Source: a virus. From it: DNA of 5,754 nt. The translations under genes and the position numbers were made by a program. Positions 1 to 4,547 of the stretch are shown here, piece by piece; the first letter of the stretch is position 1, and every line of letters starts with the position of its first letter. The notes below the pieces were generated by a model. The model searched no databases, was not told where the DNA came from, and worked only from the letters and a program-made list of their open reading frames with translations. The stretch spans positions 1-5,754 of the IMG/VR virus record IMGVR_UViG_3300045988_006092; one strand, given 5' to 3'.

Positions 1-77
1 GCGGATATGTCAGAATTTGGAACGAATGGTTTAGAGATCAGAACCTGGATGACCCAGTACCAGATTTAACAGGTGAC
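1..77. repeat. Terminal redundancy: 77 nt identical to 5678..5754, marking closure of a circular genome
   Basis: Base-by-base comparison: gcggatatgtcagaatttggaacgaatggtttagagatcagaacctggatgacccagtaccagatttaacaggtgac occurs at both ends of the window. The overlap lies inside one continuous ORF and preserves its frame. Confidence 0.95.
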
Positions 78-1232
78 GACCCGGTAGACAACAACGCACA
101 CACCGGCACAGGGTGGACACAAACGAAGTTGAACGAGTTAGCAGTAATCGGTGACGAGTGTTTGCCTGTAAACAAATTCCACGACTACTTCACCAGCGCA
201 CTGCCAGCACCTCAGAAGGGGCCGGAAGTCACAATTCCGATGACCGGCAATGCACCAATTTATTGGGCAGACGGAAGCAACAATCCGCTGACAATCAAAG
301 ATCTGAAAGACAACGGTTTGTGGAAAGACACAGGGTATTTGTACCGCACACTAGACAAAATGATGACCCAAGATTATAATAACACAACCGAAAAGGCGCG
401 TGCAGTCTTGGGATCCCAAAGCAGCGGTGCAAAACTGGGTGACCGAATGACGGCAGACCTGAGCGATGTAACGGCAGCGACAATCAACGAACTGCGGCAG
501 GCATTTGCGGTACAGCACTATTATGAAGCGCTGGCACGCGGTGGCAGTCGTTACCGCGAGATCATCCGAAGTCTGTTCGGAACGTTAATCAGCGACAAAA
601 CAGTCCAGATACCTGAATATCTGGGCGGAGGCCGATACATGATTAACATCTCTCAAGTCATCCAGACGAGCGAAAGCGGCAAGACGCCGCAGGGCAACCC
701 AGGCGCAGTCAGCGTCACACCATTCAACGAAAACAGCTTCACGAAATCTTTCGAGGAGCATGGTTTCGTGATCGGCGTATGCTGTGTACGCCACGATCGA
801 ACTTACCAACAGGGTCTAGAAAGATTCTGGAGCCGCAAAGACACCTTAGACTTCTACTACCCACAGTTCGCCAACATCGGTGAACAAGCGGTAAAAGTTA
901 AGGAAGTCTACTGCGACAGCGGCAACCCGTCCAGTGCAAATGAAGAGGTATTCGGCTATCAAGAAGCCTGGAGCGAATACAGAATGAAGCCGAACCGTGT
1001 GAGCGGCCTATTCCGAAGCAACGCGGTGGGGACTTTAGACAGCTGGCACTATGCCGACAACTACGACAAACGGCCGTATCTCAGTGATGAGTGGCTGAAA
1101 GAAGGCAAAACAGAAATTCAGCGTACACTCGCAGTACAGGACGAGCCGCAGTTTATCGCCGACTTCCTTATCAAAAACACCACTACCAGACCGATGCCGC
1201 TTTACAGCGTGCCGGGTCTCGAAAAACTCTAA
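1..1232 (+). CDS. VP1: Major capsid protein VP1 (phiX174 F homologue), C-terminal part. It continues from 5182..5677 across the circular junction. Bases 1-2 complete a CGC codon and the first full codon starts at 3
   Basis: The frame is open from base 3 to TAA at 1230-1232; the TTG start at 129 in the track is an artefact of linearisation. Conserved microvirus capsid segments are present: ALPVRGYVRIWNEWFRDQNL, DLSDVTAATINELRQAFAVQHYYEALARGGSRYREIIRSLFG, GFVIGVCCVRHD and FGYQEAWSEYR. A long insertion between PQKGP and ADLSDV resembles the gokushovirus threefold protrusion loop. Confidence 0.93.
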   Translation, partial: GYVRIWNEWFRDQNLDDPVPDLTGDDPVDNNAHTGTGWTQTKLNELAVIGDECLPVNKFHDYFTSALPAPQKGPEVTIPMTGNAPIYWADGSNNPLTIKDLKDNGLWKDTGYLYRTLDKMMTQDYNNTTEKARAVLGSQSSGAKLGDRMTADLSDVTAATINELRQAFAVQHYYEALARGGSRYREIIRSLFGTLISDKTVQIPEYLGGGRYMINISQVIQTSESGKTPQGNPGAVSVTPFNENSFTKSFEEHGFVIGVCCVRHDRTYQQGLERFWSRKDTLDFYYPQFANIGEQAVKVKEVYCDSGNPSSANEEVFGYQEAWSEYRMKPNRVSGLFRSNAVGTLDSWHYADNYDKRPYLSDEWLKEGKTEIQRTLAVQDEPQFIADFLIKNTTTRPMPLYSVPGLEKL

Positions 1233-1242
1233 GAAAGGAGGA

Positions 1243-1265
1243 AGCCCGGGAAACCGGGCTATTTT
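1243..1265 (+). terminator. Stem-loop after the capsid gene: 7-bp stem AGCCCGG/CCGGGCT, GAAA tetraloop, then ATTTT. Possible attenuator or mRNA-stabilising hairpin, and it also bridges the VP2 Shine-Dalgarno to its ATG
   Basis: 1243-1249 agcccgg is the exact reverse complement of 1254-1260 ccgggct, with loop gaaa at 1250-1253. The following T-run is only 4 nt, so this is at best a weak intrinsic terminator. Confidence 0.45.
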
Positions 1266-1269
1266 CATA

Positions 1270-2121
1270 ATGGCACTAACTGAACTCATGGGAGCACTAG
1301 GAGCCGCAGGAAGAATAGCAGGTGGAATAGCAAGTATCGCAAACAGCGGAGCATCCATCTATAATGCTTTTAAAGGCATGAGCGGAAACAGCCAAAGCTG
1401 GAACAGCGGAGCAACACACAGCGAAGGAGCCTCCGGAAGCGAAGGACAGAGCGGCGTAGACTACGATGCCGCAAGCAAAATGAATGCCAACCTGTGGGGA
1501 CAAGCTCTGCAAGGCCAGAGCGCACAGGCAAACCAGAATTACAAAAACAGCATTTACGCAATGGGGCTAAACACCTTAGGGGCAATCCAGCAAGGAATCT
1601 TCAACCAAATATCCACAAACGCCAGCATGGCATACAACTCAGCAGAAGCGGCCAAAAACAGAGAATGGCAAGAAAAAATGTCAAACACCGCATATCAGAG
1701 AGCTGTAAAAGACATGCGAGCGGCAGGAATCAATCCTATATTAGCATACACACAAGGCGGAGCAAGCACACCGGGTGGAGCACAGGGAACCGCATCGGCG
1801 GCAAGCATCGAAGCGCCAAGTGTAGGAACGCAGTCCAGCGGAATGCCTACACCACAACAGCCATTACCGGGATATTCAAAACAAACAAGCTGGAGTTACA
1901 CGAGATCTGACGGGTACACGCAGGGCGGTAGCACGTCAAGCTATGGAACGGATTTTCCAGACTTTAAAAGCTGGCTCAGTAACGACAAAAACAGCGCCAA
2001 AAAAACCGGAGAAGGGCCGAAAAACGCACAAAGTAAAAATGGTTATAGTGATAGCTATAATCCAGCAAAAACCGGTGGTGGAAATTACAAGCCAGGCAAA
2101 AATCCATACACAGGAGGATAA
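1270..2121 (+). CDS. VP2: Minor capsid / DNA pilot protein VP2 (functional analogue of phiX174 H)
   Basis: 283-aa ORF directly downstream of VP1. It carries the conserved pilot-protein core REWQEKMSNTAYQRAVKDMRAAGINPILAY. The N-terminus is Gly/Ala/Ser-rich and hydrophobic (LMGALGAAGRIAGGIASIANSG, glycine-zipper-like), and the tail is low-complexity. Position and size fit gokushovirus VP2. Confidence 0.88.
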   Translation: MALTELMGALGAAGRIAGGIASIANSGASIYNAFKGMSGNSQSWNSGATHSEGASGSEGQSGVDYDAASKMNANLWGQALQGQSAQANQNYKNSIYAMGLNTLGAIQQGIFNQISTNASMAYNSAEAAKNREWQEKMSNTAYQRAVKDMRAAGINPILAYTQGGASTPGGAQGTASAASIEAPSVGTQSSGMPTPQQPLPGYSKQTSWSYTRSDGYTQGGSTSSYGTDFPDFKSWLSNDKNSAKKTGEGPKNAQSKNGYSDSYNPAKTGGGNYKPGKNPYTGG

Positions 2122-2122
2122 A

Positions 2123-3145
2123 ATGGGCTGTAGTAGACCTCTAATTCGGTTCTACTCGCCAGACAACAAAGACATCAGCGGCAGGGTTTACACCCTGTCG
2201 CGTTTTTGTAAAGAGCGAGCACACAAAGAGCTGAAATATGAAGATTTGATGTATCGAAAAGACGTCATGTTGATTCCATGCGGACAGTGTATCGGATGCA
2301 GAATCATGCAAAGAGAGGACTGGACAACACGGATCGAAATGGAAGCGAGAATGTATCCTAAAAACGAAGTGTGGTTTGTTACGTTAACCTACGATGATGA
2401 CCATGTACCGGGCATGATACTGAAAACAGGTGAAATACTGAGAAAAGTACAATACACATGGAAACCGGGCGCAGAGCGTCCAGAAAGCGTTCAAATTCTA
2501 CTCTATACGGATATCCAAAAATTCCTAAAAAGGCTAAGGAAGGCCACAGGAGACGATATAAGATACTTTTGCGCAGGAGAATATGGAGAAAAGACAGCAA
2601 GACCGCACTATCACCTAATTCTATACGGATGGAAACCAACCGACCTTAAACCGATTTACAAAACGAAGTGCAACGGTTATTTTACTTCAGAAACACTTTG
2701 TAAAATTTGGAACAACGGAAATGTGCAAATTGCACAAGCAGTTCCAGAAACCTACAGATATGTAGCAGGGTACGTCACAAAAAAGATGTACGAAATAGAA
2801 GGGAAAAAAGCGAACAACTACTATGATCTAGGACAGCCGAAGCCATTTGCAAAAATGAGCCTAAAACCAGGAATCGGAGACGCATGGTATAAAGCACACA
2901 AAGAAGAAATATGGAAAGCAGGCTACATTCAGTGCACAAACGGCAAACACGCAAGAATTCCAAGGTATTACGAAAAACAGATGGAAGCAGAGAACCCTAT
3001 AAGACTGTGGGAGATCAAGAAAAAGCGGCAAGCTAAAATCATAGAATCCAATCGCTACGCATACGAAGGGAAAGACTATGCTACAGACCTACAGACAAAA
3101 GAAAGAGTGACCAGAAAGAAAATGCACCGTGCTGGAAAGCTGTAA
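2123..3145 (+). CDS. VP4: Replication initiation protein VP4 (HUH rolling-circle endonuclease, phiX174 A homologue), 340 aa
   Basis: ATG at 2123 lies 4 nt after the AGGAGGA at 2112-2118 and 1 nt after the VP2 stop. Motifs present: IPCGQCIGCRIMQREDW, motif I VWFVTLTYDD, HUH motif II RPHYHLILYG, and catalytic Tyr motif III YRYVAGYVTKK. The track's upstream ATG at 1943 has no SD. Confidence 0.92.
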   Translation: MGCSRPLIRFYSPDNKDISGRVYTLSRFCKERAHKELKYEDLMYRKDVMLIPCGQCIGCRIMQREDWTTRIEMEARMYPKNEVWFVTLTYDDDHVPGMILKTGEILRKVQYTWKPGAERPESVQILLYTDIQKFLKRLRKATGDDIRYFCAGEYGEKTARPHYHLILYGWKPTDLKPIYKTKCNGYFTSETLCKIWNNGNVQIAQAVPETYRYVAGYVTKKMYEIEGKKANNYYDLGQPKPFAKMSLKPGIGDAWYKAHKEEIWKAGYIQCTNGKHARIPRYYEKQMEAENPIRLWEIKKKRQAKIIESNRYAYEGKDYATDLQTKERVTRKKMHRAGKL

Positions 3146-3156
3146 AATTTTCTTTC

Positions 3157-3181
3157 CCTAGTGTCACCTAGTGTCACCTAG
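3157..3181 (+). repeat. Tandem direct repeat, 10-bp unit CCTAGTGTCA x2.5
   Basis: cctagtgtca cctagtgtca cctag read directly at 3157-3181. Each unit contains the small dyad GTGtCAC. The repeat abuts the following hairpin. Confidence 0.9.
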
Positions 3182-3215
3182 CCCAGTACCTATCAAGTAA
3201 GGTACTGGGCTTTTA
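3181..3215 (+). terminator. Rho-independent terminator-like stem-loop downstream of VP4
   Basis: 3181-3191 gcccagtacct is the exact reverse complement of 3200-3210 aggtactgggc, giving an 11-bp stem. The loop is the 8 nt atcaagta, followed by TTTT at 3211-3214. Confidence 0.72.
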
Positions 3216-3224
3216 GTGTTTATT

Positions 3225-3270
3225 CGCACGCGCACGCGCACGCGTAGACGCGCGCACATGCGCACGCGTA
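3225..3270. repeat. GC island made of two perfect 22-nt alternating pyrimidine-purine tracts (3225-3246 and 3249-3270), separated by GA; Z-DNA-prone
   Basis: Read directly: (CGCACG)x3 + CGTA, then GA, then CGCGCGCACATGCGCACGCGTA. Both tracts end in the same 11-mer GCGCACGCGTA (3236-3246 and 3260-3270). There are two ACGCGT sites and one GCGCGC site. Confidence 0.9.
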
Positions 3271-3310
3271 ATATTATTATATAACTTGTTGTAGACGTAG
3301 TAGTAGAGGT

Positions 3311-3548
3311 AGTGGAAAAGTTGAAAACACTACTTTTTTAACATAGCATCGAAAAAAAATAGCAAAAAACAGTGTGGAAAAATTTGTGAAAAACTTGTTG
3401 AATTGTTGAAACACTCTGTTGTGATAAAGTTTAACAATGTGGAAAAGTTGAAAACTATGTGGAAAGTGTTGAAAACGCCTAACGGCGAAAGTTCCAATTT
3501 GCACAAAATTGCTACGCAACCTTGTACAAATTGAAACTTGGAAAAGTT
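3311..3548 (+). repeat. Array of iteron-like direct repeats, consensus TGTGGAAAAGTTGAAAAC
   Basis: Two copies are identical: GTGGAAAAGTTGAAAAC at 3312-3328 and 3439-3455. The others are variants: TGTGGAAAAATTTGTGAAAAAC at 3373-3394 (followed by GTTGAAAC at 3405-3412), GTGGAAAGTGTTGAAAAC at 3459-3476, and an inverted-order variant TTGAAACTTGGAAAAGTT at 3531-3548. All are in the same orientation, in a region with no supportable + strand ORF. Confidence 0.8.
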
Positions 3549-3577
3549 ACAGAATTATTACAAAGCACAAAAAAACA

Positions 3578-3606
3578 TTGAAAAAAGTATTGACAAGTAA
3601 TATAAT
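3578..3606 (+). promoter_or_regulatory. Sigma70/sigmaA-type promoter: -35 TTGAAA (3578-3583), 17-nt spacer, -10 TATAAT (3601-3606), with an upstream A7 tract (3569-3575) as a possible UP element
   Basis: The hexamers and the exact 17-nt spacing were counted in the sequence. It sits about 27 nt upstream of the first ORF after the long intergenic region and is followed by AAAGGAG at 3617-3623. Confidence 0.65.
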
Positions 3607-3632
3607 TAAATCACAGAAAGGAGCTAACAAAT

Positions 3633-3812
3633 ATGAAAAGATATGACGTATACATTTACAACACAAAAGAGCATTTCCACGACAAGTACAGAGTACTTGC
3701 AGAGGACCCGGTGGACGCAAGAAACGTTGCGGTGCAAAGATTGATTGAAGAAACGGGAGACGGACTGAACGCAAACGAAATCACCGAAGTAAAAAAAATA
3801 TCAGACGACTAA
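3633..3812 (+). CDS. Hypothetical small acidic protein, 59 aa (below the ORF-track cutoff)
   Basis: ATG at 3633 lies 9 nt after AAAGGAG. My translation is MKRYDVYIYNTKEHFHDKYRVLAEDPVDARNVAVQRLIEETGDGLNANEITEVKKISDD, stopping at TAA 3810-3812. It is the first gene downstream of the predicted promoter. I recognise no family. Confidence 0.6.
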   Translation: MKRYDVYIYNTKEHFHDKYRVLAEDPVDARNVAVQRLIEETGDGLNANEITEVKKISDD

Positions 3813-3828
3813 AAAGGAGCTGGAAAAA

Positions 3829-4221
3829 ATGATTAGAGCATACACAAGCGAACAGAACAACGTACAGGTGGGGCCACACTTCAAGGTAAAGGAATTTGCC
3901 TGCAAAGATGGGAGCGCAATCACATTCATTGACGACTACATGGTGACCATTCTGGAAATATTCCGAAAAAAACTGGGAGATAAGCCAATCATCATCACAA
4001 GTGGATACAGAACACCGACACACAACGCCAAAGTAAACGGGGCAAAATATAGCTATCACATGCGCGGCATGGCCGTAGATATCCGTGTAAACGGAATTTC
4101 TGCAAAAGAACTAGCAAAAGCCCTTGACGAAATAGTGGACGGATGTGGTATAATCGTTTACGAAAGCTGGGTGCACTTTGACGTGCGCGAAGGCAAAAAG
4201 TACAGAAAGGGGGTGACCTAA
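3829..4221 (+). CDS. Zinc metallopeptidase, M15 family (Peptidase_M15_3 / YcbK-DUF882-like); probable peptidoglycan hydrolase (endolysin-like)
   Basis: 130-aa ORF with AAGGAG 9 nt upstream. It has the family hallmarks FKVKEFACKDG, SGYRTPTHNAKVNGAKYSYHMRGMAVD (His77-x6-Asp84 zinc ligands) and WVHFDVR (His116). There is no N-terminal signal peptide or TM segment. Confidence 0.82.
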   Translation: MIRAYTSEQNNVQVGPHFKVKEFACKDGSAITFIDDYMVTILEIFRKKLGDKPIIITSGYRTPTHNAKVNGAKYSYHMRGMAVDIRVNGISAKELAKALDEIVDGCGIIVYESWVHFDVREGKKYRKGVT

Positions 4222-4337
4222 TGGCATTAATTTCCATTAAGGACGTAAAGCAGGCAATCCACATCATGATGCAGATTCTTGAGAAGCTCGATGAAATCTA
4301 TCACGCTCTGCACGATGAGATGAAGGAAGAGAAGTGA
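4221..4337 (+). CDS. Hypothetical 38-aa helical peptide
   Basis: The ATG overlaps the peptidase stop (TAATG), and a GGGGGTGA SD-like element lies 5 nt upstream. Translation: MALISIKDVKQAIHIMMQILEKLDEIYHALHDEMKEEK. The TGA stop overlaps the next ATG (TGATG). Confidence 0.45.
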   Translation: MALISIKDVKQAIHIMMQILEKLDEIYHALHDEMKEEK

Positions 4338-4444
4338 TGGCCATGAAGAAAACATACAAAGCTAGAGACCAGCCCAAGAAAGCACACCATGGACGAAACA
4401 ACAAAGCCAAAAAAAGGAGAAAATACAATGGCGCATCGGAGTAA
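4337..4444 (+). CDS. Hypothetical 35-aa highly basic peptide (13 Lys/Arg)
   Basis: Coupled to the preceding ORF by TGATG, with AAGGA 9 nt upstream. Translation: MAMKKTYKARDQPKKAHHGRNNKAKKRRKYNGASE. The 3' end overlaps the next ORF by 17 nt. Confidence 0.4.
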   Translation: MAMKKTYKARDQPKKAHHGRNNKAKKRRKYNGASE

Positions 4445-4547
4445 GACAAACCATAGCAAAGATGCCAAGATCTACAACAAGACGGCAAACCGAACAAAGC
4501 GCATCAACGTGCAGTCGAAGCCTATGAGAGGGGGGACGCGGCTGTGA
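4428..4547 (+). CDS. Small basic DNA-binding/packaging protein, 39 aa (phiX174 J / gokushovirus VP8-like)
   Basis: AAAGGAG lies 8 nt upstream of the ATG. Translation: MAHRSKTNHSKDAKIYNKTANRTKRINVQSKPMRGGTRL, with 11 Lys/Arg. The C-terminal PMRGGxRL ending is what I recall from small basic proteins of many gokushovirus-like genomes. An alternative in-frame ATG at 4389 lacks an SD. Confidence 0.62.
   Translation: MAHRSKTNHSKDAKIYNKTANRTKRINVQSKPMRGGTRL

Noticed and set aside
1-77. Terminal repeat as a biological direct terminal repeat or LTR-like element
   Set aside because: The repeat lies within the capsid coding sequence and simply restores the ORF on circularisation. It is the expected overlap from linearising a circular contig.
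1494-1910. 138-aa very basic ORF overprinted on VP2 in another + frame; the same applies to 158..379 and 5484..5711 inside VP1
   Set aside because: Gene overprinting has precedent in phiX174, so I looked. These ORFs start at GTG or unsupported ATGs with no SD. The host genes are T-poor, so stop codons (all of which contain T) are rare in every + frame. Long open alternative frames are therefore expected by chance. Conservation analysis of synonymous sites would be needed to revive this idea.
1943-2122. In-frame 60-codon N-terminal extension of VP4, as the track's 400-aa ORF (would resemble the phiX174 A/A* pair)
   Set aside because: No SD precedes ATG 1943, and the extension would fully overlap the VP2 tail. 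ATG 2123 has a perfect AGGAGGA and gives the 340-aa size and MGC...PCGxCxGC N-terminus typical of gokushovirus VP4.
3269-3290. TAATATTAT, one mismatch from the geminivirus/CRESS nonanucleotide TAATATTAC, and AACTTG at 3283-3288, shared with the phiX174 origin CAACTTGATATT
   Set aside because: No inverted repeat flanks the nonamer-like sequence to place it in a loop. A 6-mer match is expected about once per strand in a 5.7-kb genome by chance. I noted it only as a place to include in a VP4 nicking assay.
3311-3476. Possibility that the repeats are a mini-CRISPR array or solitary CRISPR-repeat mimics (the GTTGAAAC-like ends and the roughly 62-65-bp spacing of three copies suggested it)
   Set aside because: The repeat units are only 17-18 nt and degenerate. 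Spacing is irregular (62, 65, 20, 79). The inter-repeat sequence contains further partial copies. No 28-37-nt conserved repeat can be aligned.
3457-3534. Short + strand ORF in the intergenic region (MWKVLKTPNGESSNLHKIATQPCTN, 25 aa)
   Set aside because: It has no SD, it starts inside an iteron copy, and it lies upstream of the predicted promoter.
3590-3606. Consensus TTGACA immediately upstream of TATAAT
   Set aside because: Only 5 nt separate the two hexamers, so they cannot form a -35/-10 pair. The functional -35 is more likely TTGAAA at 3578-3583, which has exact 17-nt spacing.
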